A stretch of 64,000 bases of DNA from Octopus bimaculoides (taxonomy: Eukaryota). The first letter of the stretch is position 1. Each line of letters opens with the position of its first letter. Below are positions 1 to 12,600 of the stretch, piece after piece. Below the pieces are notes generated by a model, which was not told the origin of the DNA, searched no databases, and saw only the letters and a program-made list of their open reading frames with translations. The DNA is taken from contig NC_068985.1 in assembly GCF_001194135.2 (NCBI RefSeq), positions 71,976,224 through 72,040,223 on the forward strand. Direction: 5' to 3'. Both the position numbers and the translations under genes were made by a program.

Positions 1-130
1 GCTTTAACAGCAATACTACATTTGAAAATGTCACTTTCTTGTCTGTATCATATGATACACATTCAGTGCTTCTAGAAAAACAAATGTAAGTTTGTTTATA
101 TACACACATGGTTGTTATATATATCAACCT

Positions 131-520
131 TTGAATGTTGGGCCTCACAGAAGCAAAGTGGCTGAGTTCCTTTTGAGTGTTGGGCCTCATGGAGGCAAAG
201 TGGCTGAGTTACTTTCGATGGTTGGGCCTCGCAGAGGTAATGACCAAAGCCATTAGCATTATGTCATGCATCAGAAGAAGACCCATCAAGTCGGGACTGA
301 TACCAGTGTCACCATGCAAATGACACCTGTGCCGGTGGCACGTAAAAGCACCCATTACACTGTCGGAGTGGTTGGCGTTAGGGAGAGCATCCAGCTGTAG
401 AAAACCATGCCAAAGCAGACTGGATCCTGGCACAGCTTTCCAGCATGCCAACCCAGTCAAACAGTCCAACGCATGCCACCATGGACAATGGACATCAAAT
501 GATGACGATGCTGATGATGA
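131..520 (+). mobile_element. RTE-tailed interspersed repeat (family C) with 3 x 42-bp tandem at 136-250
   Basis: Ends gcatgccaccatggacaatggacatcaaatgatgacgatg and matches the reverse complement of the 8288-8830 and 46357-46625 copies. gttgggcctc recurs at a 42-bp period. Confidence 0.75.
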
Positions 521-1068
521 TAGATACATGTACACATACACACACATATAAATATATTACATGCACACACATTAACACACACTGATACAAGTATACATGT
601 ACATCATTATTCCACATCTCTTTACCCAATCGCTGAAGGTCAGGGGCAGAGGACATATGCCATCATCAACTTGGAACAATTGTGATATTATAATGTAATC
701 TAATATACATGTAAGAATACACACATAGAATATATGTACAACTCCAAATATTAATATTCATATAAATATTAATATTTGTATTTCCATGTATATTTTGCTT
801 GTATATTCATTGCGATATATATTAGATTACATTATAATAAGCTCTATATTATCGATTCAGAGATTTATTAAGAAATATGTGTATATATAATGTTGGTGAA
901 CACTTGATAACTTGGCTTTGATGATGGATCTTGAGAGTGAATGCAGGTGTTGCAATAGATACTGCACAAAAATTCTTCATATACATGCACATGTATGTCT
1001 GTATGGATATATGTGTGTGTGTGTAGATGTGCGTATATATATATGTGTGTGTGTGTATATATATATAG

Positions 1069-1135
<67 letters not shown>

Positions 1136-1238
1136 AGAGTAACCACATAAAATGTGCAACAAGGTGGAAAAAAGAGTACTCAAATACCAGAGGTAGAGTA
1201 ATATGCTTTATATAAAACCAGCAGAAATATAACAAAAG

Positions 1239-1278
1239 ACTGTTACTCGGAGTTTCACGTTCCCGTTCATCGGACAGT
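1239..1278 (-). ncRNA. Minimal type I hammerhead ribozyme motif (intact copy)
   Basis: Minus strand reads ACUGU-CCGAUGA-ACG(GGAA)CGU-GAA-ACUC(C)GAGU-A-ACAGU. Stem I is 5 perfect bp, the core is CCGAUGA (U4C variant) plus GAAA, stem II is 3 bp with a GNRA loop, stem III is a near-palindrome, and the cleavage triplet is GUA. Folded by hand; activity untested. Confidence 0.75.
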
Positions 1279-1302
1279 TTTGTTAGGAAAAAAAACAAAA
1301 AA

Positions 1303-1342
1303 ACTGTCCGATGAACGGGAACGTGAAACTCCAAGTAACAGT
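1303..1342 (+). ncRNA. Second hammerhead motif, inverted copy with one stem III mismatch
   Basis: Identical to the 1239-1278 motif except GAGU to AAGU in stem III (ctccaagt vs ctccgagt). Confidence 0.65.
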
Positions 1343-1349
1343 CTTTTAT

Positions 1350-1382
<33 letters not shown>

Positions 1383-1505
1383 ACACACGTTTAGATATAT
1401 GTATATATGTATGTGTGTATATATATATATTCATAGATATATATATGTAAATATATTTATGTGTATGTATATATGTATTTATATATATATATATGTGTGT
1501 ATGTA

Positions 1506-1728
1506 CCGTAATCCCTTGCCATATTGTGGTCCACATATCGCGCTTTATTAGTTAAACTTATGTCAATTCCTCCATGGGGTTGTTATGCATTTATAATAAA
1601 ATAGATTTATACAAATTATAAAAATAATAAAAAAATATATATAGTACAGTACTGTTTCTACTTTGCGGATTTTCACCTTTCATGGGAGGTTTTGGAACAT
1701 AACACCCATGATAGTCGAGGGATTCCTA
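1506..1728. mobile_element. pogo/Tigger-type MITE
   Basis: Degenerate TIRs cgtaatcccttgcc...tagtcgagggattcct (CAGTAATCCCTCG-type) inside TA/TG microsatellite. Confidence 0.6.
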
Positions 1729-1852
1729 CATGTGTGTGTGTGTGTGTATGTATATGTGTATATATATATATATATGTGTGTCTGTGTGTGTATATCTATA
1801 TGTGTATGTATATATGTAAGTACATACGTACACATATAAATGTAAGTATGTG

Positions 1853-1897
<45 letters not shown>

Positions 1898-2458
1898 ACA
1901 TGTCTCTTAAAAGATAGAGCTCAAAATCAATGCATTGAAGATATTTTTTTACATTCTGTAAGAAAATAACGATGGTAGGTTGCGTGCCGTCGATTATTCT
2001 TTCACCCTCTTGGATGATGTGTGTGTTTTNNNNNNNNNNNNNNNNNNNNNNNNNNNNNNNNNNNNNNNNNNNNNNNNNNNNNNNNNNNNNNNNNNNNNNN
2101 NNNNNNNNNNNNNNNNNNNNNNNNNNNNNNNNNNNNNNNNNNNNNNNNNNNNNNNNNNNNNNNNNNNNNNNNNNNNNNNNNNNNNNNNNNNNNNNNNNNN
2201 NNNNNNNNNNNNNNNNNNNNNNNNNNNNNNNNNNNNNNNNNNNNNNNNNNNNNNNNNNNNNNNNNNNNNNNNNNNNNNNNNNNNNNNNNNNNNNNNNNNN
2301 NNNNNNNNNNNNNNNNNNNNNNNNNNNNNNNNNNNNNNNNNNNNNNNNNNNNNNNNNNNNNNNNNNNNNNNNNNNNNNNNNNNNNNNNNNNNNNNNNNNN
2401 NNNNNNNNNNNNNNNTATGTATGTATGTGTATGTATGTATGTATATATATATACATGT

Positions 2459-2598
2459 GGAGGCGCAATGGCCCAGTGGTTAGGGCAGCGGACTCGTGGT
2501 CATAGAATCGCTGTTTTGATTCCCAGACCGGGCGTTGTGAGTGTTTATTGAGCGAAAGCACCTAAAGCTCCACGAGACTCCGGCAGGGGATGGTGGTT
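2459..2598 (+). mobile_element. tRNA-derived SINE (family D)
   Basis: Pol III A box TGGCCCAGTGG at 2469-2479 and B-box-like GTTTTGATTCC at 2513-2523, followed by a non-tRNA body. Confidence 0.65.
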
Positions 2599-2609
2599 GT
2601 AAATTTATG

Positions 2610-2765
2610 AGAAAGCATGTTTAGCTATGGAGAAATATTACCTTCCTTAGAATAAGGAAAGGTGGTTGACAGGAAGAGCATCCTGCCATAGAAAATCTAT
2701 TTCAGTAAGCTGCATCCAACCCCTACAAACATGGAAAAGTGGACATTAAAATGATGATGATGATA
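2610..2765 (+). mobile_element. RTE-tailed repeat (C' variant)
   Basis: gacaggaagagcatcctgccatagaaaatct...catggaaaagtggacattaaaatgatgatg. Similar copies lie near 3555-3690 and 16640-16820. Confidence 0.6.
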
Positions 2766-2880
2766 ACAATCTATGAATAGGTACTTGCAGTTTGCTTCCC
2801 AACCACGCGGTATCATAGCAATCCCAGTGAACAGTACTTAGACAATTGTCGTCTATAGCCTTGTGATAATTAATACCATA

Positions 2881-3113
2881 GAGGTGGTGAGTTGGCAGAA
2901 TCGTTAGCACGCCGGGTGAAATGCTTAGCGGTATTTCGGCTGCCGTTACATTCTGAGTTCAAATTCCGCCAGGATTGACTTTGCCTTTCATCCTTTCGGG
3001 GTTGATTAAATACGTACCAGTTATGCACTGGGGTCAATGCAATCGATTTAATCCCTTTGTCTGCCCTTGGTTGTCCCCTCTATGTTTAGCCCCTTGTGGG
3101 CAATAAAGAAATA
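2881..3113 (+). mobile_element. tRNA-headed SINE (family B, tail variant 1)
   Basis: Head tggcagaatcgttagcacgccggg, B-box-like gagttcaaattcc, core actttgcctttcatcctttcggggt. Many copies in the window. Confidence 0.8.
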
Positions 3114-3314
3114 GATAATTAATGCTTCTTGAGTGGGCTTGGCAGAAACTCAAAAAAGGTTATTGTGTATGTGCTTGTGTGACCATTTTATTCATGTGTG
3201 TATGTGTGAATGTGTGCATGTATGAGTGATTTGTATGTGTCTCCCTCTCTTAACATCACATGCTCATTGTATGTAAATATCACTGACATATGAGCTATCT
3301 GTATGCAAATTTAA

Positions 3315-3534
3315 CCCTTTAGCATTTAAACCAACCATATCCAATGCAAATACTCTACTTGTTTTATAATAAAACTAGCCAGATCCAGCCTCTCACACCT
3401 ACCCTACAATGTAGTTCTAAAAATAAACAATAACATCGTCGAAAATTTGAAAGTGCAAGACAATGCATGATGAATTCAAAACAATATGAATAAATAAGCC
3501 TTACATTTGACAGAGTAATCTGAATGCTAAAGGG
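3315..3534. mobile_element. piggyBac-type MITE
   Basis: TTAA at 3311-3314 and 3535-3538 with perfect 12-bp TIR CCCTTTAGCATT. A partial reverse copy lies near 10742-10832. Confidence 0.85.
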
Positions 3535-3747
3535 TTAATGCTCAAAAAATTAGGTATTGACAGGCTTGGAAAGAGATGAGGTTTTGGTAACAAGAAGAGC
3601 ATCAAGTTGTAGAAAATCTGATTCAATGAATTTCATCTGACCAATGGAAGCATGAAGAAGTTGATGTTTAAGATGATGATGATGACAATGATGATATATA
3701 TACTCTTACATATATCATTGTCACCACTGCACTAGCATCTTCAATAT

Positions 3748-3782
<35 letters not shown>

Positions 3783-4275
3783 TACTCTCTAATCATAACT
3801 TCTGCAGTATAGTTTGTTCTAACAGAACATCTACGATTAAGTGGGAATGTGTGTGTGTGTGTGTCTATATGGATATATATATATATATATATATATNNNN
3901 NNNNNNNNNNNNNNNNNNNNNNNNNNNNNNNNNNNNNNNNNNNNNNNNNNNNNNNNNNNNNNNNNNNNNNNNNNNNNNNNNNNNNNNNNNNNNNNNNNNN
4001 NNNNNNNNNNNNNNNNNNNNNNNNNNNNNNNNNNNNNNNNNNNNNNNNNNNNNNNNNNNNNNNNNNNNNNNNNNNNNNNNNNNNNNNNNNNNNNNNNNNN
4101 NNNNNNNNNNNNNNNNNNNNNNNNNNNNNNNNNNNNNNNNNNNNNNNNNNNNNNNNNNNNNNNNNNNNNNNNNNNNNNNNNNNNNNNNNNNNNNNNNNNN
4201 NNNNNNNNNNNNNNNNNNNNNNNNNNNNNNNNNNNNNNNNNNNNNNNNNNNNNNNNNNNNNNNNNNNNNNNNNNN

Positions 4276-4333
<58 letters not shown>

Positions 4334-4591
4334 GTATCTTTACATCTTACACTTGTTAAGTACTTGGTCCTTCAGGCACTGGGGAATGGATTAAAGTCTG
4401 ATGTTTTCTGCCACCTCTCCCTAACATAACAAAGCTGATACTAGAACTGATGTGAGAGGAATCTTACTAAGATATTGCACTAATATATATATATATATAT
4501 ATATATATGAATGTATGTGCGTATGTATATGTATGTATCCCTATGTCTAAATATATATATATCTGTATGCATATATGTATATTTATATATA

Positions 4592-4630
<39 letters not shown>

Positions 4631-5042
4631 TATATATTGGTATTGGTTTGTATGCTTTGAAAAATATGCTGTGAATGACAAGAGGGATAATGTATCCTCT
4701 TTCAGTTAACAAAACCAACGGCATGAGAACATTTACTTATTTCTGTGTTTGTGTGTGATTGTGTGTTTGTGAGCTTATATGTTTCTGTGTATGTGTGTGT
4801 TTGCATATGTATATATATATATATATATANNNNNNNNNNNNNNNNNNNNNNNNNNNNNNNNNNNNNNNNNNNNNNNNNNNNNNNNNNNNNNNNNNNNNNN
4901 NNNNNNNNNNNNNNNNNNNNNNNNNNNNNNNNNNNNNNNNNNNNNNNNNNNNAAAATAAACTACAGATATTTGTCATAGAACATAGAAATAGTGTTTATC
5001 ATTACTATTGCTGCTGCTACTACCACCACTACTACAACTACA

Positions 5043-5077
<35 letters not shown>

Positions 5078-5634
5078 CACCACCACTACCACCACTGTCT
5101 GTAAGAATTTCCTCTTTTTTGTTTTCCCTCTCTATTTCCTCACTTCTCTTTATATAAAATACAGCCAATGAGATGAATAGCTGAGAAGTCTTTGGAAACG
5201 AAATGCCAGAATCTGTAAAGCATAGGCAAAGCATAAAATTCTTACCAGTTGCTGTAGAATCACTGTGTGTGTGTGTGAATCGGGAGCAACTTTTCAAGTC
5301 TAAGGCATGGCTGTGTTCGTGTTTAATCTTTTTTTTATTATGGGCGGTTTTTTTTTTCACATTCTTTTATTTGTCCTTTATGTTTGGTTTAAAACAGTAG
5401 CATTCTAAATGCATTATCCATCAATGTTCCAAACCCTCCCTGCATCATCATCAGAATGAAGTAATGATAACAATTGTTTTAAATTTAAGCATAAGGGTAG
5501 CTCCAGTACTTGATTACAATTTTACTTTATCGTCCTTGGAAGGATGAAAGGTAAAATTGACCTCTGCAAGATTTAAATTTAGAAAGTAGGGAATCAGAAC
5601 AAAGTTACTATGAATATTTTTTGATACTCTAACA

Positions 5635-5975
5635 TAGCAGGTCTCAACCAGGGCCACATGATCCTTGGGGCTCTATGTAAGACTTTTGGGGGTCCACAGA
5701 AGCAAAGTAGTAAATGGGGGATCCACATGGTATTTTAAGGGTCCATGAAAAAATGTTACTTTGTATGTATTTATTGTAAGAAAGAGCTAGGTTTCTTTCT
5801 CTGACATTTTATATAAGTTCAACCTACACAAGTGAATGTGTGAAAAACAAAATAAGAATTTTTTAAAAAGCATGTATAAAACTAGTTTTTAGACATTGAA
5901 TGGCTTTGGGGTCCACCAGAATAGAACAGTAATTAAAGGGACCAAAAGCAAAACATTAATCATTGAGAACCACCG
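5635..5975. mobile_element. hAT (Charlie-like) MITE
   Basis: Ends tagcaggtctcaacc...ttgagaaccaccg. The 8-bp TSD is ctctaaca (5627-5634) / ttctaaca (5976-5983). Confidence 0.75.
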
Positions 5976-6059
5976 TTCTAACAATGCTACCCATCTCAAA
6001 CCTGAATTAGCAGTAATAATGGCATACTGTTTATGCACTTTACACATATTCTCTCTCAC

Positions 6060-6096
<37 letters not shown>

Positions 6097-6100
<4 letters not shown>

Positions 6101-6340
6101 TCTACAATAGGCACCTGAAATTTGGGTGGAGGGGACTGGTCAACCCCAGTGTTTCACTGGTACTTAATTTATTGACCCCGAAAAGATGAAAGTGTTTCAC
6201 TGGTACTTAATTTATTGACCCCCAAAAAATCAAAGGCAAGGTTGACCTCGGCAGAATTTGAACTCAGAATGTAACACCTGGCGAAATACCATTAAGCATT
6301 TAGCCCAATGTGCTAATGATTCTGCCAACTCACTGCCTTA
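6097..6340 (-). mobile_element. SINE family B between (AAT)n tracts, with internal 32-bp duplication
   Basis: Reverse complement of the family B head and core. agtgtttcactggtacttaatttattgacccc occurs twice (about 6149-6180 and 6190-6222). Confidence 0.8.
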
Positions 6341-6742
6341 GTAATAATAATAATAAAATTTATAAACGCTGAAGTGGTTCTCTCCTACTAAAGGGGCTCT
6401 TCACCCTCTCTTCTATCTTTCAGTAATATTTGGAATCGTCAACAATCAAATAAAGATTTTATTGTCTTAAATTTCAATAGAATATTAAACAATATTAAAC
6501 TTATCCTCACATTTAATTCTCTATGGATTCAATCCTTCAGAGCATTTTCAATAAAAATTTAATTATTCCTACTATACAAGTGTATATCAAATATATGGAA
6601 TGTATATTATAGTGATGCATTTATCAAATACCATTTCCAGCTTATTTCTTTTAAAATTATGTATATATATATATATTATATATGCATGTGTGTGTGTATC
6701 TATATATATATATGTATATACATATATGTACGTTTGTGTGTG

Positions 6743-6780
<38 letters not shown>

Positions 6781-7201
6781 AATGTGTATATGTATTTGTA
6801 AATATATGTGTATATGTACATGTGTGTGTGTGTGTATACACACACACACACACACACATACATGTACATTGCATACTGTGAAACAGCTAAACTTTATCCT
6901 TTTAGCATATATCTGTGTTTACGCATGTGTTTGATGATGATAATGATGATTCTGATAGGATAAAATAAAATTTACCTGAATCACAGCAAGTAGCACCACC
7001 TCCAATCATAGCTTCCAATATGAAATATTTGATGAAACGTCATTCATATAGTTGGTTTGATGTCTTATCTGATACCAGTTCCCTACTTTTATCAATAAGT
7101 TCAATACTTATATCAATAACTTAATATTCTCTCTCTCTCTCACATTCTCTTTCTTCCCCATCTCTTTTTGTCACTCTTTTTCCCCCTGCCCTCTTTTTCT
7201 T

Positions 7202-7269
<68 letters not shown>

Positions 7270-7481
7270 TCTCTCTCTCTCTCCTTCTCTCTCTCTCTCT
7301 CCTTCTCTCTCTCTCTCATTCTCTCTCTCTCTCACATCATCATACTCATTCTCATCGATGACAATCCCTCCAGTTCTATCTCTTAATATCTGTTACAGCT
7401 TTCTCTAATTTTTCATATCTCATAGACAGCTTTGAGATAATTTTATTATTATTACTACTACTACTACTACTACTACTACTG

Positions 7482-7515
<34 letters not shown>

Positions 7516-8133
7516 CATCATCAATATCATCGTCAATAAAATTTATATATTTTTCAATATTTATATATGCTATTTAGTTTACATTTTCATGTTCCAAAGC
7601 TGTGACTTGGTAGAGTTATTATAGTATCAGATAGAATGCCTTGCAGTATTTTATTAGTTTTGAATCTCTGTAGTCTATGTTCAAATCTCACTGTTGTCAT
7701 GTTTCCGTCTTTCATCTTTTTGAATTCCGTCATTAAAGTACCCTTCCAAGGCAGTGGAAAGAGAGAAGTAATGGAGAGTCATAGAAAATGCCTTGTAGTA
7801 CTTTATTCTAGCATTTTGTATTTTGAATTCAACTTCTGCCTTTAGATTGGAATCTTACTGATGGCCAGGGCTAATAACCCAGCCATGGAACCACAAGTAA
7901 TTATGAAAGCTGCAATGGATTGAGAAGACTTTTGGCCATCTGCAGTCGAGCAATGATGATGTTGATGATTTTGGAACACATTTTATTGTGGATGTGTTAC
8001 TTGAAAATATACATATATACACACACATATATATATATGTATGTATATATATATATATGTATGTATGTATATATATATATATATATGTATGTGTATATAT
8101 ATATATATGTATGTATGTATATATATATGTATG

Positions 8134-8228
<95 letters not shown>

Positions 8229-8284
8229 GTATATATTATATGTATGTATGTATATATGTATGTATGTATGTATATGTATGTATG

Positions 8285-8830
8285 TATCATCATCATCATC
8301 ATCGTCGTTTAATGTCCGCTTTCCATGCTAGCATGGGTTGGACGATTTGACTGAGGACTGGTGAAACCGGATGGCTACACCAGGCTCCAATCTGATTTGG
8401 CAGAGTTCCTACAGCTGGATGCCCTTCCTAACGCCAACCACTCAGAGAGTGTAGTGGGTGCTTTTACGTGTCACCCGCACGAAGGCCAGTCAGGCGGCAC
8501 TGGCAACGGCCACGCTCAAGATGGCGCATTCCATGTGCCACCTGCACAAGAACCAGTCCAGGGCCACTGGCAACGATCTCGCTTGAAAATCCTACGACAG
8601 CCAGTCAGGCGGTACTGGCAACGGCCACGCTCAAAATGGTATATTCCATGTGCCACCTGCACAAGAGCCAGTCCAGGGGCACTGGAAACGATCTCGCTCG
8701 AAAGTCCTTAGACATGCCGCAAGCACAAGTGCCAGAAAGGCAATGCTGGGCACAGGTGCCATCACAAATTCGCTATTTCGCTTGCCCCAATAAGTCTTCG
8801 CAAGCTGAGTTTCGTGTCCAATTTAACTCG
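8285..8830 (-). mobile_element. Family C long copy with 115-bp internal tandem duplication
   Basis: (CAT)n tail at the left end. gccagtcaggcgg starts at 8485 and again at 8600. About 140 nt match 52824-52969 with roughly 4 differences. Confidence 0.8.
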
Positions 8831-8976
8831 ATTTTGATTTCACTTGCCTCAACCGGNNNNNNNNNNNNNNNNNNNNNNNNNNNNNNNNNNNNNNNNNNNN
8901 NNNNNNNNNNNNNNNNNNNNNNNNNNNNNNNNNNNNNNNNNNNNNNNNNNNNNNNNNNNNNNNNNNNNNNNNNNNN

Positions 8977-9008
<32 letters not shown>

Positions 9009-9209
9009 ATGCGAGAGAGTTAGGGGTTCGGGGTTCAACCCACTAAGGGACAGTATCTATCCAATATACTGCTGGGAGAGTACCCAATTATTGCTACACT
9101 AGTGTTATACCAAGTGCAATAAATGGGAGCGGGTAAAAGTGGGGGGGTACCCCAAATTTGTATATCAATTTTCTAATTAATATATATACATATATATATA
9201 TATTATGTG

Positions 9210-9290
<81 letters not shown>

Positions 9291-9670
9291 ATATATGTAT
9301 GTATAATAAGAATGTGTGTATAATATAAATGTGTGTAAATTATTCAAACCACAAATGCACCTCTTGTTTCATCTAGTAAATTTTCCTCCTATCTGTAAAT
9401 TCACTCATATTTACACACACCACTGTAATTTAAAGTGAACTAGTATTCCATTACTTTATGTTTCATGCCAAATAGACAATTTCAGCTAAAAGTACATCAA
9501 ATGCACCTCTGACAATTACCCTTTTGTGTTCAACTTAATGTAATGGAATATTAGTAAATTTTAACTCGTTCATTATAATATATAAACTCTATGGACTCTA
9601 CAATACATATCAAGGAGCGTTTGCTTCATATCTCATATTGCTTCATTTACAACACAAGTGTCTTATATTA

Positions 9671-12600
9671 TACTGGCAGACATACCCGGTGTTGCTTGGG
9701 ATTTAAATGGCATAGTTTGTATATAGAGTACAGTTAAGTGCAGCATTGATGACAAAACATTTGTGGAGTAAATGACGGGCTAAGTGATATGTCATGTATC
9801 TATTTGGAAGATTCCAGGCCGTAACCCTGTCATGGAAAAGTGGGTGGTGGTTATGTGATTTTTGAATATATGAAAAAGCTCTCAGTGGATATACTTTCCT
9901 TTGTGGCTGTCAGCGCTGCGATTATCATGCTGACCAATCAGCAGACATAGGAAATACATCTATGTGTAAATTAAGCTAGTGGACACACTCAACAGCACCA
10001 CATGAGAGAAATCTACATGAAAGAAACGACATGGTAAGGGGGTGGAGATTGGCTGAAGCTGTTAATCCCCACCCTGGCCAGGCAAATACTACACTATTCA
10101 TCACTCTCCATTGTTCTTGCAGTAGTTGTAGATGCAACATTTTGTGATTGCCTAATTGAAGTCTCATGTGATGATTCATTTGCTCTCCTTCGTTTCAATT
10201 TCTCTGCTACTACTGTTTTTCGCTCAGTGGAGGATCTCTTTTTTGGAGACATTATGTCAAGAAATATGACGTAATAAACAAAGATGACAAGTGTACATTA
10301 ATAATGAAATGTCAATAAGAAAGGTAAATAATATCAGTATCTTAGGAAATTTTAAGAAATACATACTATGAACTGAGATGACACTTATGTTAATAATTAA
10401 ATGTTGATAAAAAAACATTAATTAATATCAATATTTTAAAAAGATGGAAAACAGTCAACAGAAAAATTGTTACCTAGTAACCTAATAAGTTTTATACATA
10501 AGCAAATTAATTGCATTGGATGTAAGGGAGACAATCAATTTCTGAAAGTTACTTCATAAAGAGTTACCTTCCTTGTCCACAATAATTGAATGTAACTCAG
10601 GAAAGAATGTTTTCTGCTCCCTGAGGCCCTGTTACTCATTATGCGAAAAATTTTAAGAGTCAAAACCACCTCTAGAACATAAATAATGTATGCTCCTAGT
10701 TTAGGGAAAATCAGTTGTGATATATATATATATATATATTTGTAGGTAGGTGTGAGAGGCCAGATCTGGCTGATTTGAACATAAGACAGGTAGAATATTT
10801 TGGCCAAATATGACCAGTTTAAATTCTAAAAGTCTAATAGAGACATGTTTTATATTTTTCACTGAGTTCCTGATAAATGCGTTACATATGGAATATATCT
10901 TGTTGCTCTCAAATGTTTTATTACACCATAAATATTATCATGCTCATTATGTAAGTTGATTTAAAATTGTGATAATGTTGACCTTTTTCTTTTTTTTCTT
11001 TTAGATTTGAAGTGCTTCTGTAACGTTTTTATAACATAGATTATTTGTGATTTGTTCTATTAACTTTATGACTTCTCTCTACATTGTTAATACCTCAAAT
11101 TATACTCAATTTGCAATTTGACCACCAGTATGTGGAATGATCTCAGAAGATGCTAGTTGCGTAATTTGGCTCAGCCAGTTTGTTGCTGTTAGAAACGAAT
11201 GTATATAGGGCAAGATAAGTTAATTTTGATCAGTTTGAAATACTTTGATCTGATAGCAAATATCTTGTTTCGGAGTGCTAAATGGATTTAAGTTCTGTAT
11301 ATTTAATACACACACACACACACACACACACTCATGTGTGCGCATGCATATTTGTACATTTCATATCATTTTATTGGTTTGTTTTCCATTTTGTATTTTG
11401 TATCTTGATCAATATAAAATCACACCACCGATTTATGATTTGTCCTTGTTATTTCCTGTCCTCATCCATACTGTGTGCCAATAAAAGAATTCATTATTAT
11501 CATTATCATCATGTGTAGGTTCAAGGTTTTTCTTTTTTTTTTTGGTTCTCTTTTTTTCTGTCATTCTTCAAATGTACCATACACTTTCCTATAATCCACT
11601 GGTTCTACTTCTGATTTAGCTATAAATTGATTTTCTCCCACCTTTAGATAATACATTACTTTCACATATTTGCTGTAACCTAAGTACATTATGTCTTCAT
11701 GTCTTCAATGACAAAAACAACAGACATTTCATGATACATCATTAACTTGTATTCTCTCGTGACTTTTGTCATCAGACATAATTTTGTATTAGATCACCAG
11801 TTGCTGTTTGCAAGCAAAATCATGATAGTTAACTGCTACATCACCACTTCTACTTTTTTGTATAACATTTCTAGAGTTATTTTATGTTGCTTAACACCAA
11901 TCATGTGTCATATTCCTGAAGCTGTTTCAGATTTCTTCACAATAACATCAATCATGTGTTACATCTTTAGAGCTATTTTATATGACATTATCATAACATT
12001 TATTTTGTGTTACATCACTTTAGCTACAGCATGTAAATCACCACAACATCCATTGTGCACCACATCTCTAGAGTTGTTTGATAGAAGTACTTCATGTTAA
12101 ACCATTGCTTCCTATTTCTTGAAACTTGACTGCAGCACTTCCACTTACACAACCACTTGATCCAACCATCGAAATAGTTTTTACAAAATCTCTTACACCA
12201 GCAAACATGTAGATGCTATTGCTATTTCTTTTCCATGATACCATTAATGTATTTTGCTGTGGCAAAAATGATTAAGAAACTTATAACACAAGTCATGAAG
12301 GTTTCTAATTTCAATGTGTCTAACAAAGGATAGGATGCAATCATATTTGGATTTCCACTCATACCAACAAGTGTACTCTTGGTTCAGAAGACTTCATTTT
12401 CCAAAACATTTAGGCTTGCTTTGTCATGTCAATCAATATATTTTAATGGCAAACATTATTACTGGGCTGTATCTTGAGGAATATTGCTTTGCTAATGGCT
12501 AATTTTTGAGTAAGATGCTCAAGTGTTGGAAGCTTCTATAATCTCATTATTCATAAACCTGTTGGTAAAACTAATAAAATTGAGGTTTCCTGAGCTGCTA

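Larger units (their letters stand above)
1133..1347 (-). mobile_element. Penelope-like pLTR fragment with inverted partial copy, between (TA)n tracts
   Basis: 48-bp arms at 1234-1281 and 1300-1347 (1 mismatch) carry the hammerhead motifs, with microsatellite on both sides. Hammerheads and inverted pLTRs are established Penelope-like element traits. Confidence 0.55.

Noticed and set aside
2459-2535. tRNA-like sequence
   Set aside because: A and B boxes are present, but I could not close a cloverleaf and it continues into a repeat body, so it is treated as a SINE head.
8361-9046. 116- and 192-aa GC-rich ORFs
   Set aside because: They lie within the family C repeat and its 115-bp duplication, and one runs into a gap.
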